Below, one piece after another: positions 1-12,374 of a stretch of 64,000 nt of DNA. The translations under genes were made by a program, and so were the position numbers. The number at the start of each line of letters is the position of its first letter. Within the stretch, counting starts at the first letter, position 1. Source of the DNA: the human T2T-CHM13v2.0 reference genome, Homo sapiens; the NCBI RefSeq assembly GCF_009914755.1, contig NC_060942.1; one strand, written 5' to 3'. The notes beneath the pieces were generated by a model. The model saw only the letters and a list, made by a program, of their open reading frames with translations, was not told the origin of the DNA and did no database searches.

Positions 1-589
1 TGCCTGACCATCATTCCATGTTACTATTGGAAGAGTAAAATCATTTCAAAAACAGAAAACTTTTGAAATTTATATATTTAGATGATGAATAATTTGAGGT
101 AACTGTTCTACTATTTTTTCATCTGTAAAATCATTTGACTTAAGCATGAATAATGCATCAGCTACAGACTGGCCAAGTCATGTATTGTGAGGTCAAAAAT
201 CACGCTACTGAATTTACTGTTCTGTGATCTGAATAAACAAACAACCAATAAAGTGTAAGTGATACCTGAATCAATTTGCGGTCCTGGCCTTTAAGACCTG
301 CCATAATGTATCAGGATCATTGTCATCTTTGCCCAGCATTTTACTTTCCAAATTACCACTTAAAGTGTATTGTGGAAGCAGGTGCCTGTTTGTAAATTCA
401 CTTTACAATTTTTGAAATGTGGTAAACCCAAATTATTAACAAATTTTTTCAAGCAAGAAAGCCTATATCAGATCTAATAAAAGTACATTTGTGAGAGAAG
501 GAAAATACAAAATATATTTTTTAAATGTTTGACTTTCTTGCTTTCATTTATTTAGCTAAACAATTTTGATGAGTATAATATTCCAATAT

Positions 590-780
590 ATGGAGCACTT
601 ACTACATGCCAGGCCCTAGTGCTCTTATAGCTTTAATCTTCACCACATCCTTGCAAAAGAGGAAATATTATTACTCTCTTGCAAAACAAAGCGTCAAAGC
701 TTAAAGAGCTTAAATTAATTAAAGCCAGTCATTGGCAGAACTCAGACTGGAGTCCAAACTGTCTAATTACCAAGGTGGTC
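590..780 (-). mobile_element. MIR SINE
   Basis: gagcacttactacatgccagg...ggcagaactcagactggagtccaaactgtct core. Confidence 0.6.
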
Positions 781-1610
781 ATATTGGTTTGCTAGGGTTA
801 GTTAGGGCTTCCATAAGAAAATACCATAAACTATGCAGCCGTAAAAAAGGATGAGCTCATGTTCTTTGCAGGGACATGGATGAAGCTGGAGGGCATCTTT
901 CTCAGCAAACTAACACAGGAACAGAAAACCAAACACCCATTCTCACTCATGATGGGGAGTTGAACAATGAGAACACATGGACACAGGGTGAGGAACATCA
1001 CACACTGGGGCCTGTTGGAGGGTGGGGAGCAAGTAGAGGGAGAGCATCAGGACAAATACCTAATTCATGCAGGGCTTAAAACCTAGATGATGGGTTGAGG
1101 TGCAGCAAACCACCATGGCAAATGCACACCTATGTAACAGACCTGTACATTCTGCACATGTATCCTGGAACTTAAAGTAAAATAAAAAATAAAAATAAAT
1201 AAAATAAATAAAAATAAAATGTTCAACCAGGTTTAAAAAAAAAAGAGAAAACACCAAAGATTGGGATGGCTTACAACAAAAATTTATTTTCTCACAGTTC
1301 TGGAAGCTGAAAGTCCAAGATCAAGGTGCCTGAAGGATTGGTTTCTCCTGTGGCCTCTCTCCTTGGCTTGCCGATGATCACCTTCTTGCAGTGTTCTCCT
1401 GGGGTCTTTCCTGTATGTGCATGCACAGAAAGATTTCTGATGTGTCTTCTTCTTCTTACAAAGACATCAGTCATGTTAGATGAGAACCTCACTATTATGA
1501 CCTGGTTTAACTTTAATCACCTCCCTAAAGGTTCTGTTTCTAAATACAGTCACATTGAGAAATAGGTGTCAAAAAAATGAGTTTTGGGGGATGCAATTCC
1601 ATCCAAAACA
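781..1610 (-). mobile_element. MLT1A/B-type MaLR LTR interrupted by an L1
   Basis: aatttattttctcacagttctggaagctgaaagtccaagatcaaggtgcc; first about 50 bp lie left of the L1. Confidence 0.8.
830..1245 (+). mobile_element. L1PA 3' end (5'-truncated)
   Basis: gcagggacatggatgaagctgg...tatcctggaacttaaagtaaaat plus A-rich tail; decayed TSD 816-832 / 1246-1262. Confidence 0.92.
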
Positions 1611-1662
1611 GGGGTGTTCTTTTCACTCTGCTGAAGCACTAAGTCATGGACCGAGTGCTTAC

Positions 1663-2103
1663 TTGTTCCTCACACCACGTGTGCACCAAGAGTTTCAGAT
1701 ATAAAGTGTACTAAGCATCGCCTCTGTCATCCCCTTGATCAGCATCTGAGAGCAACACAACAGAAAGCACACTGACAAAGACACAGACAAAATGCCGCAT
1801 GCACTGACCTTCTGCAGATTCGTACAATGGTTGAATTGTGGTGTTGAGGTTGTAACAATGTCCTGAAACAGGCTTCCAACATTTGAGATGCTTAGCTGGA
1901 CTTGGAAAACTTTTATTTATGGTTAAGACTATATTTGCTTATCCAGCTTATTGGTTGAATTTGATGGATTAGTATGACATCTTTCAGTTGCTTCTAAAGT
2001 TGGTCCTGTCACTGCTGGTATGTTAAAGGAGTGCTGCCTTGACGGAGATAATAGAGATATTGTATCTGTGACAATTGATGGCCGGTAAGCTATTTCCATT
2101 GTC
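1663..2103 (-). pseudogene. Gene B three-exon cluster (1943-2103, 1809-1862, 1663-1745), S/T/P-rich stalk
   Basis: Phases chain: TMEIAYRPSIVTDTISLLSPSRQHSFNIPAVTGPTLEATERCHTNPSNSTNKL|GHCYNLNTTIQPLYESAE|DADQGDDRGDA*YTLYLKLL; first donor is ataagc (mutated gtaagc), others gtcagt and gtaagc. Confidence 0.55.
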
Positions 2104-2179
2104 CTTTAAATTAATCTGTTGAATTTTCCATGCCACACTACACATTCTAAAAGCCCCTGCTGGTTTTCATTAGTTAAAT

Positions 2180-2745
2180 CCATGAGGCTGACCAAGACAG
2201 TCATAATGTTCCCCACAAATTGACTAAACTTTAGACAGGTCTCTTTCTCATATTGGCCCCTGGCCTCCCTTTACTTAGAGTGTTTGCTTTAGAAAAGTAA
2301 TTACAATCTGTAGTTGCAAATTCTTTCTCTGCTCTTTTGAAATGTATATATATCTTCTTAAAAGACTACTACCGGTTTTATGCCCCAGGAAATGTGTTTC
2401 TGAAGGGCCTGGGAAGCATCTCTTTGACATGTAAATGTGAAGGAAAATAGCACCCCTGGCTCTGGGTCTCTACAAGAGTACATAGGAACCTAACTTCAGT
2501 GGGAGCCTCCATCCAAGTTGTAAAACTAACTGTTTTCATGAAGTCCTGAGGACTTAGACTTTTACTTCGAGTAAGGCGCATTAGAAAACACAGGGCCTAA
2601 GATTGCCACCACCCAAGCTCTTGAAAACGCTCCAGCCTTTTGATTCAGATGAGTTGAGTTTAATCCCTCTTATCTATTGTGATAGTCTTGAATAAAGCCT
2701 TCCTTATCTGTTTAGCCCTGTCTGGTGATATATTCACTTTTAGAA
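2180..2745 (+). mobile_element. ERV1 MER4-group solo LTR (MER67/LTR24-like)
   Basis: ggcccctggcctccctttacttagag...aaattctttctctgc...aataaagccttcctt; subfamily uncertain. Confidence 0.65.
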
Positions 2746-4404
2746 GGCTAACAGGCTGATCATGGTCTTAGATATGAACAGTTGACTTTCCCCTCTAATC
2801 AACAACCAAAGAGTTTAGGTGCCAAGAGGGACAGCTTTGCAATACAGTCTTGGAGAGTAGAAGGATTTCTATCCCAGCCTGAGGTAAAAACATCATTTCT
2901 GCTACTTTCCATCATGTCTAAAACATAATAAATGCTCAGTTAAATTAGTATTTTAACAGACTGTGGACTGTCATACTTTCTTTCTTATAAACCACCATTT
3001 TGATGAACAGTCATTGTTCTTCTTAACTCGTGTTAATAAAAAAATAGCAATTGAGGAATCCTGTCATGGAGGACAGTGGGAGTCTGTGAAAAGCATTCTA
3101 TCAATTTAATTTAGGGCAAATTTGGAAAAGCAGTGTTATAAAGTACCAGAGAATGTTTGGAAAAATACTGGTAGATAATTTAGGAGAATACGCCATCCCC
3201 ATTAAAACCCCTATTACCAGTTTTATGCCCCAGGAGATGTTTTTCTGAAAGGCCTAAAAACCATCTCTTTGAAATATAAACATGAAGGAAAATAGCACCT
3301 CTGGCTCTGTGTCTTTATAGGAGTAGATAGAAGCCTAAATTAGCAAATTCTTAAAAGTTGGTTGTACAACATCATTAAAATAATATAGTTGGAAAACTAG
3401 TGAATTAAACTATTTATTGTTTCTACCAAGAGTTTTGTGTCTTATTATCTGGTTATTATGAAATACCCTTGTATGTTATTTTAATACCCAGAGCATTTCA
3501 TAATATATATGAATTTTTTTATACCAAGAGTTTCATATCTATAATTTTACCCTCACAAGAACCCTGTGATGTTATCCTTTTTATTTCAGTTTGCACATCA
3601 TCAAGCTGGAGTGTGTAGATCATGCACTAATTATAAGACAGAGCTGGGATTCAAGCAAATGCTGGTTCCTTTGGCTCTGATGTGTATATATCAGTGGCAC
3701 AGCATCATGCTGCCTTCCTCTTCCTCTCGCCTTTCACCATGAAGAATTTTCAAATGAATTTCTTCTATCATTGGCTCTAACAGCAATTCTGTGAGACAGA
3801 TACATTTCTCTGCATTTTATACATATAAATTAAGAATCAGAGAAGTTGGGCAATTTTCCAAAAGTGACAAATGTAAAAACTGAAAGTGTATTCATCAGAC
3901 TTAAATCCAGGTTTGACACACAACTTTAAAAGTTTAGCAAATTCGTGTAGAATAGCAAGGAAACCTGAGTCATTGGCAGACTAATCTGGAAATGATGTGC
4001 CTGGTGATCTCTTTCAAAAAAGGAACTTACATAGAAGAAATATAACAGGGATGTATTATTTCTCTGTGCTATGATTTACTTACTGTAGTTTATGTTAAAT
4101 AATTACCTACCAAGAAAACAAGAGAAAATGTAATCATTTAAAGGCATGATTTCTATAGTTTGTTTTATTTTAATGATAATTTCACCCCCAAAATTAATTA
4201 ATCTGTATTGCTCAGAGAAGGATTTTTCTTAGTCAATTGAAATGTTATAAGTCAAAGAAGACCAAGTGTTTTAAAAAACAAATAATACATTTCTTCACAT
4301 AGTTAAAAATAATTATAAATGTTGCAATACTCCATGAAAAACTTTAATATGTATTTTAAGAAAAAATGTATAAACAGTGAGATACTTAAATACACGAGGT
4401 TTAC

Positions 4405-4505
4405 CTGGTGGTCAGCATCTTGGTTGTGACACAACTGTTGAAAATAAAATACATCCACCTCTTTCTCTACAGACAAAGTCAAATCTATATCAAATAAAAA
4501 TATGA
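4405..4505 (-). pseudogene. Gene B exon (LDLa repeat remnant)
   Basis: atttctag|TC...CAG|gtaaac; DFVCRERGGCILF then, after a frameshift, QQLCHNQD. Confidence 0.6.
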
Positions 4506-5200
4506 CTAGAAATTTAAATATTAGTTTTTTTAACTTACTAAGGATACAAAAGCATACATGAGAATCATGCAATTATAGTACATTAATTCTATAAACACTA
4601 AACTGTGTAATTGGAAGCATACATTTAATATGAGCTATATTCATGTCCCAGACCTACTTTGACTCTGGGCACCAAATGACATAGCAAAACATAACTTAAC
4701 ACATTTAACTCAAGAATAAGAAGCAGAATCAAGAGATGCCTAAAACCCCAACGGGATCAATTCCTTCTTTTCATCAGCAGTCAAAAAGTTTTTTTTTTTT
4801 AACTGTCATTTTGGTCCTAAGTCCCATCCAACTATGAAGCCATTTCTAATGGTTTTCCTAACCTCAGATGCTGATGGTGAGATCTCCGTAAAGTCTTGCT
4901 TATACTATCTCCACTTCCTTACCTCACATTCCTTATTTTAATCAGTATCCTTAGAATTTTGTTCCTATTATTCCACTAAAACAGTGTGTCTAGTCAAATA
5001 TTATAGTCAAGTCTCTGTCTATATGGTATTAAACACTCAATCATTGTGTATGATTGACTATACCTCCTTCTTAAAATCTTTTGTTTGCCTCTGCAGACAC
5101 TATCTTATTCTGGTCTTCCTCCTATCACCCTTGCCTCTCCTTCTCAGTCTCCTTTGCCAGCTTGTCCTCCTGACCTCTAAATAATAAGGTTCAGGAGGAT

Positions 5201-5260
5201 TATATATATATATGAATTCTATATATATGAATTCTATATATATGAATTCTATATATATTC
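5201..5260. repeat. (TA)n with three interspersed GAATTC units
   Basis: tatatatatgaattc x3. Confidence 0.9.
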
Positions 5261-5419
5261 ATCTATATTTATTCATTTAGTCATCCATAGAAAACATTTC
5301 TCTATATTTATTCTCTAGGTAATAGAATATTCATCTACAGAAGATATTCATCTATATTTCTTCTCTAGGCAATCTGAGTAAGTTCCAGTTTTACATGCTA
5401 TCCATACACTGATGATGGT

Positions 5420-5610
5420 CTGTTGCCCAGGTTGGAGTGCAGTCATGCAAATACGACTCACTACAGCTTCAAACTGCTGGGCTCAAGTCATTGATCCTCC
5501 CACTTCAGCTTCCCAAGTATCTGGGACTTGTACAGGCACATGCCCACATTCGGCTAATTTTTTTTTTTTTTTTTTGAGACAGGGTCTCAGCATGTCAACC
5601 ACACTGGGAT
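5420..5610 (-). mobile_element. AluJ fragment
   Basis: tgttgcccaggttggagtgcagt...ggctaatttttt...gagacagggtctc. Confidence 0.85.
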
Positions 5611-5782
5611 ACTAAACTTGTCGCAGTTCTTGGTTTCTTTCATAAGTCCTAGGCTTCCATATCTCACCATCTACTCAATATCTCCACAGGTATTTTTCAA
5701 AGGCAGTTCATATTTAGTATGTCTAAGGCACATTGCTAAATCCCCTTACCCCATTGTGGATTGGCTTGCTCTATATCCAGTA

Positions 5783-6110
5783 TGATGTAGTTTAGCAGTG
5801 TCCCCACCCAAATCTCATCTTGAAATGTAATCCCCATCATCCCCATGTGTCGAGTGAGGGACTGGTGGGAGGTGATTGGATCATGGGAGCAGTTTCCCCC
5901 ATGCTGTTCTTATGGTATTGAGTGAGTTCTCACAAGATCTGATGGTTTTGTAAGTGTTTAACAGCTCCTCCTTCACATCTGCTTCCACTTCCGCCATGAT
6001 TGTTAAGCTTCCTGAGGCCTTCCCAGCCATGCAGAACTGTGAGTCCATTGTTTTATAAATTACCCAGTCTTGGGCAATTCTTTATAGTAGTGTGAGAACA
6101 GACTAATACA
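5783..6110 (+). mobile_element. THE1D-type solo LTR
   Basis: tgatgtagtttagcagtgtccccacccaaatctc...gactaataca; TSD cagta/caata. Confidence 0.9.
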
Positions 6111-6115
6111 CAATA

Positions 6116-6520
6116 TGATCTTTTTCTAGTATACCCTTCTGAGCTATGAAGGCTGAGAAACCACAGTCTAGCTTGCCAATTCTTCCTCACAGTCAGGTTT
6201 TCTTAAATAATGTAAGATCTGCCAATCAAATACATATGCTAGGCTTATATTGGGGAGGGAGTCATTTGAAACATAGATGGGAATGCTCTAGTCATAATCA
6301 AAAGAATGCTTTTGCAGTAAGCAGGTCAGTAGCTTCCTCAGTCATAACAGGGGACATGTGATTCTAAGGATGGGACACTTTCCTGGGAAGCTCAACATAA
6401 AGCTAACTCTCAAGTCCTTCCAAAGACTTTGTCAGCTACCTTATACAGTTATGAAATTACTAACTTCATAAACTAGCCAGAATAATTTCTGTTGTCTGTA
6501 ACTAAATTGCAACCCTCACA
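6116..6520 (+). mobile_element. LTR33-like ERVL LTR
   Basis: ccttccaaagactttgtcagctacc...aaactagccagaataatttctgttgtctgtaactaa. Confidence 0.5.
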
Positions 6521-7536
6521 GACCTGAAGCATCCTCCTCCAACAGGCTTCTGCTTGGCATCATCATCATCCTCCCATGTCAAAGAACAAAGCTCTGGGCA
6601 TCATACCAGTGTCTCTCTCAAGCCCATGCCAACCCATCGGTTCTATGTCTAAACACCCTCAATGTCCACACCAGTCCCACTGTCACTTCTTGCCACTTAA
6701 CCAATCTCCCTCTTTCCTTTCTGCCACTTTAAAGTAGGTTACCCAGAGTGATCTTTGAAAGACATAAGTCATTTTACATCACTTCCCTGGCCATATGCTC
6801 CTGTGAATTCACATCACACTCTCAACAAAATCTAACCTCCTTAACCTAGCTCACAATGTTCCAGAAAACACAGCCCCCATCTACTTCTCTGACCTCATCT
6901 CTGACCCTCTGCCCTATATTGTGTCTCTCACATACACCAAGCTTCGCCCGTCTCAGGGACTTCACAGTTGCTGCTCCCTCTGCCTGAAACATCTCTCAAT
7001 CGATTTAAGGTGATTTGCAATTTCACATTACTTTGGTCTCCGCTCAGAAAAGCTTTCATAACCTTCTTTCTTAAATAGCAGCTCCTGTCTCTGTCCTTTC
7101 ACCATCTACCACCTTATTCTGCCATATTTTTCTTCATCTGTCACTAAGGAAAGCACACAGATGCACATTTGCTTATTTTTTTTTATTTCCAGTCACTTCC
7201 ATCAGGGAAGTCAACAGCACCACAGCAGGGACATGGCCTCTCTTATTTGGCCCCTGGCCTCTAGCACATAGAACAATGCCCTGCTTTTAGGAAGATTTCG
7301 GTGACTATTGCATGAATAAATTATTGAGAAAATAAATGAAAGAATGATTATTGTAGTGGTCCAAATAACATCACCTATAACTAATTCCCAAAGTAAGAGC
7401 CAGCATCAACCTTTCCCCTAGTCATTAAATAGCCTTGAAAACTTATGATGAATATTATAAAAGCTATCTTAGTTTCTGCTTTTCACAATATAAACAGAAA
7501 TTATATTTTTTGAGATGATTCATATATTGTTCCAAT

Positions 7537-7540
<4 letters not shown>

Positions 7541-7571
<31 letters not shown>
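7541..7571. repeat. (TG)15 microsatellite
   Basis: direct read. Confidence 0.97.
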
Positions 7572-7572
<1 letters not shown>

Positions 7573-7615
7573 AAAGAAAATGGAATAAGAATCAAAACAT
7601 GTAACACTTAGACAC

Positions 7616-7817
7616 CAGGCATTTAAAAGAACTTTTAAAACCCACATCAATAAAGAAGGATCTAGGGAACGGAGAGAAGGAGGGACGTATGGCAGACTCT
7701 GGAAGCAAGATTAAATACATTTCATGTGCCTCCCACACTGAGGTTACAACTAATGAATGGCAGAATGACCTCCAAAAGCTGAAAGTTAAAAATGGATTTC
7801 CAAGACATGAACATCTT
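7616..7817 (-). pseudogene. Gene B exon (EGF end and LDLa remnant)
   Basis: tatattcag|A RCSCLGNPFL; other frames give QCGRHMKCI and RVCH. Confidence 0.45.
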
Positions 7818-8451
7818 CTGAATATACAGTAGTTGGAAAATGTTCTATGTATCACTAGTCATAAAATAAAATATAAATTGTTTCTTTGCATACATATTAG
7901 CTGCTCTCAGTAGTGCTACCATCCTCTTCAAAGGATTTGCAGTAGCAACTTTTATAAATGATTTTTAAAAGAAATGTTCCTTGCGTAATTCCCACATGCA
8001 GCAGCATAGGTTGTATTAAATCCTCCTCATCTTCCCTTTCTTCTACTCTCTTTCATCTGATTTCCACTTTTGTCTGTGATCTTTCCTTTATCTTTCTTTC
8101 TGATCCAACTTTGAGGTGATTCAGTGGCTAGAATGATAAATTATAGGAACTATAGTCAGTGAACTAGAAGCAGAGATAAGATTGAAGAACACCATCTTGC
8201 CAATTTCAATAATAATAATATTTTATATATATCACCATTTATAATTTTCAATACACTTTCAACATCAATCAGCTATTTTCCAGTCTGATTACCACCATTC
8301 GATAGAGTAATATAGGTAGACATTATTAATTCTATACTATAGAATCAAAAACTTCGTTATTAAAAGATACAATCATTGTTGTTTTAGGAAATGAGTGTTT
8401 TAGAATAAGCTAGCCTGTCCATCATTTCCTTGCTCACACATGGATTTATAT

Positions 8452-9222
8452 ATTTTTTTCAGCTTTAAAAATTATTTTAAGTTCCTGGATACATGTTGTA
8501 CTTGTCTGTTTTCACGCTGCTAATAAAGATATACTCAAGACTGGGCAATTTACAAAAGAAAGAAGTTTAATTAAACTTACAGTTCTACATGGCTGGGGAG
8601 GCCTCACAGTCGTGGCAGAAGGCAAGGAAGAGCAAGTCACATCTTACCTGGATGGTGAAAGGCAAAGAGAGCTTGTGCAGAGAAACTCCCGTTTTTAAAA
8701 CCATCAGACCTCATGAGACCCATTCACTATCAGGAGAACAGCACGGGAAAGACCCCCCCCCCAATAATTTAATAATCTCCCACCGAGTCCCTCCCATAAC
8801 ATGTGGAAATTATGGGAGCTACAAGATGAGATTTTGGTGGGGACACAGAGCCAAAGCGTATCACATGTGCAGGACATGTAGATCAGCTACATAGGCAAAT
8901 TGTGCCATGGAGGTTTGCTGCACCTATCAACCCATCACCTAAGTATTAAGTCCCACATGCATCAGCTATTTATCCTGATGCTCTTCCTACTGGCACCCCA
9001 CCAGCAGGCCCCAGTGCGTGTTGTTCCCTACCCTGTGTCCATGTCTTCTCATTGTTCAGCTCCTACTTTTAAGTGAGAACACATAGTGTTTGATTTTCTG
9101 TTCCAGTGATAGTTTGCTAAAGATAATGGCTTCCAGCTCCATCCATGTCCCTGCAAAGGACATGATCTTCTTCCTTTTTATGGCTGCATAGTATTTCATG
9201 GTTTATATGTACCACATTTTCT
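8452..9222 (-). mobile_element. L1PA 3' end interrupted by THE1
   Basis: ccatccatgtccctgcaaaggacatgatc...tggctgcatagtatttcatgg. Confidence 0.9.
8497..8863 (-). mobile_element. THE1A/B solo LTR
   Basis: tgta...gggacacagagccaaagcgtatca; perfect TSD catgt at 8492-8496 and 8864-8868. Confidence 0.95.
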
Positions 9223-9357
9223 TAAATATCAAATTTAAGTTAAGAATTTTAATCTGTGTTTTTCCCTATGTGGGTCAGAAAATAAAACAGCATAGTTATT
9301 TATTTCAGAATAAGCCACTGCTTTTTCAAAATGCATTGAATCTTTTAAGAAATACAC

Positions 9358-10710
9358 AGATCTCGTGGTTTGGTTTTGCATCTCCCAGATGACGAATGAG
9401 TCATGTTCTTGTTGGCCATTTATGTCTTCCTGGGAAAAACGTCTATTGAGGTTCATTGCTGTCTTTGAATTGTGTTGTTTATTTTTACTATGGAGTTGTA
9501 TGAGTTTCTTATATATTTTGTATATTAATCCCTTATCAAACGTATGGTTTGCAAATATTTTCTCCAATTTCAATATTTACTTCATTTTGCTGATTATTTC
9601 CTTTACCGTGCAGAAGTTTTTATTTTGATGTAGTCTCACTTCTTTATTTTTGCTTTTGTTGCCTGTGCTTTTCATGTCATATCTAAAATATCATTGCCAA
9701 GATCAATGTCAAGGAGCTTTTCTACCATGTTTTTTTCTAAGTTTCAGGTCTTACATTTAAGTCTTTAATCCACTTTGAGTTACTTTTTCTGTTAGGAAGG
9801 CTATTTTTTTTTTTTAATAAGCGTAGTGAGGATGTAGAGAAAGGGGAATGCTTACGCACTGTTGGAAGGACAATAAATTGGTACAGTCATTATAGGAGAG
9901 CGTAAGGTTTCTTAAAAAATGGAAACAAAACTACCTGTGGGTGTGAGTGACACATGTCCTATGTGTGAGTGTGAGTGAGGACACTTGTCCTGTGTGTGGG
10001 TGTGAGTGACACGTGTCCTGTTGTGGGTGTGAGTGACACATGTGACTTATATGACTTAGCATCCCTAGTTCTGGGTTTGTATCCAAATGAATGGAAATCA
10101 GGATCTGTAAGAGAGATATGCACTCCACGTTCACTGCAGCATCGGTCACAAGAGCCAAGATATGGAAACAACCTAAGTGTCCATCGATGGATGGATGAAT
10201 AAAGAACATGTGTTACATATACATACCATGGAATAGTATTCAGCCTTAAAAAAGCAGGAAATCCTGCCACTTGCATCAACACAGATAAACCTGGAAGACC
10301 TTATGCTAAGTGAAATAAGCCATAAGTAGAATAAGCAAATACTTTATGATCTCACTTCTATGTGGAATTGAAAATAGTCATATTCATAGAAGCAGAAAGT
10401 AAAATGGTGATTATCAGGGGCTGTGGGGAGGGGAAATGGTGAGATGTTGGTCAGCGTACACTTTAGTTCATGCAAGATGGCAAAGTCTGGGGATCTAATG
10501 TATAGCATGGTAACTACCAGTGACAATACTGCACTATGTACTTGAAATCCACTAAGACAGTAGATCGTAAGTGTTCTCACTCCAAGAAAAGAAATGGTAG
10601 ATATATGAGGTGAAGGATATGATAATTAGCTTGAATGTGGTGATTATTTCACCATGTTTATGTGTACCAAATCATCAAATTATTTACTTTAAATTCACAC
10701 AATAAAAATA
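9358..10710 (+). mobile_element. L1MA element with 5' inversion (9358-9790 minus, 9790-10710 plus)
   Basis: Minus part encodes ORF2 EKIFANHTFDKGLIYKIYK; plus part continues through the 3' UTR. Confidence 0.85.
9936..10048. repeat. Minisatellite, 4 x about 28 bp, inside the L1MA
   Basis: unit tgtgggtgtgagtgacac(a/g)tgtcct. Confidence 0.9.
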
Positions 10711-10946
10711 ATGCCTATATCAAACTTTTGTTGGGAAGATTTTTTTTAACTAGAGAAGCAGGTCTATTGAACTACTAGGGCTTCCAAGGCATTATTGAAA
10801 GAATAATGAGAGAATAAAAATCCAACATTTTGATAGCTGGATAGTCTGTGAAACCCAGCATGTGGCATCAGCTCTTCCCCTGAGCCACCCAGTTGTTCTC
10901 ATCTCTTCCCACTGCCAACTCCTATTCTAGCATCTGCCCTAATGTG

Positions 10947-11358
10947 TGATATAGGTTGGATATGTGCCTCACCCAAATCTCAAGTTGAATTGAAATCCCC
11001 AGTATTGGAGATGGGTCCTGGCGGGAGGTGATTGGATCATGGGGACAGATTTCTTACGAATGGTTTCACATCATCCCCCTTGGTACTGTTCTCATGACAG
11101 TGACTGTCTTCTCATGACATCTGGCTGTTTAAAAGTGTGTGCTCTCTCTCTTGCGCACTCCTGATTTCACTGTGTGACATGCAAACTCCCCCTTTGCCTT
11201 CTGCTATGATTGGAAGCTTTCAGAGGCCTCCCCAGAAGCAGATGCTGCTATGCTTCCTGTACAGCCTGCAGAAGTATGAGGCAATTAAACTTTTCTTTTC
11301 TCAAAAATTATTCAGTCTCAGATATTTCTTTATAGCAATGGGGGAATGGACTAACACA
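10947..11358 (+). mobile_element. MSTA/MSTB solo LTR
   Basis: tgatataggttggatatg...ggactaacaca; TSD atgtg/atgtt. Confidence 0.9.
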
Positions 11359-11614
11359 ATGTTAATCTACTTTTCAGTTTATACTTAATGCTCAGATGTT
11401 CTTTTTTGTATTACCAATGTTTTAGTTAGTTACTGACAAGCAAATAATGCCCTAAAGAGACATATATAAGCCTGGGTTTCTTAAAAAAAAAAAAAAAAAG
11501 AAAGCCTTTGGAGGTGGAGTCAAGTAAACTTTACAGAGATTTCACTCTTCTCATCTGCCTGAGAACTTCTTACAATAAAACAAATTCTAAAGGAAATGCT
11601 TCTGAAAGGCTCAC

Positions 11615-11822
11615 ATTAGCAGGGACTTTTGTGGACTTGGCCTATACGTAGATCATGGTACACAGATTTTCAGACCTACTCAAAGACTGGCAGACTTTGC
11701 TGGCAAGCAGGTCTCTGTCCAGAATATTTTACTGATACTGTCTTATTAAAACGCTGCAGCCAAGAGTCAATACTACTCCCTTTCTCCCATCTGATCAATT
11801 TCCATATTTCAATTAGGAGAAC
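11615..11822 (-). pseudogene. Gene B exon (YWTD repeat)
   Basis: catttctag|G; YGN*SDGRKGVVLT then DSISKIFWTETCLPAKSASL (FWTE at 11724-11713); donor gtgagc. Confidence 0.6.
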
Positions 11823-11892
11823 CTAGAAATGTTTCCAGCTAGTGTTACACTTTGAAAATTTTCTTCCCTGGTCAAGCAGTGAACCAACCTAG

Positions 11893-12072
<180 letters not shown>

Positions 12073-12374
12073 TGAATGGGAAGACCATTAATTAGGATCA
12101 CAGCTATGCACAATCACTTAGGTGTTGTAACCAGGATCTGTGTCTCACGACAGGACTACAGTGAAAGAATGAGAATCTGCTTATTAAACAAAACAAAACA
12201 AAAAACCAAAAAAAATCTTCTTCCATAAGATTGTGATGAGGTGTTCCTCTTCTTACAGCTTTTGGTAGGCTAGACAGGAATGGACTATTTTAGGCTTTCT
12301 TACAGCTATAGTTAAGAAAATCCCTCTGGGCACTTACTCTGTCCTCCTTCCTCTGTCTCAACACTTGTGTGCAC

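Larger units (their letters stand above)
4840..7340 (+). mobile_element. L2 LINE, fragmented by Alu and LTR insertions
   Basis: L2-type pyrimidine-rich text ending ctagcacatagaacaatgcc...ttgcatgaataaa. Confidence 0.65.

Noticed and set aside
9936-10048. CRISPR-like array
   Set aside because: Head-to-tail units with no unique spacers, no cas genes, and primate DNA.
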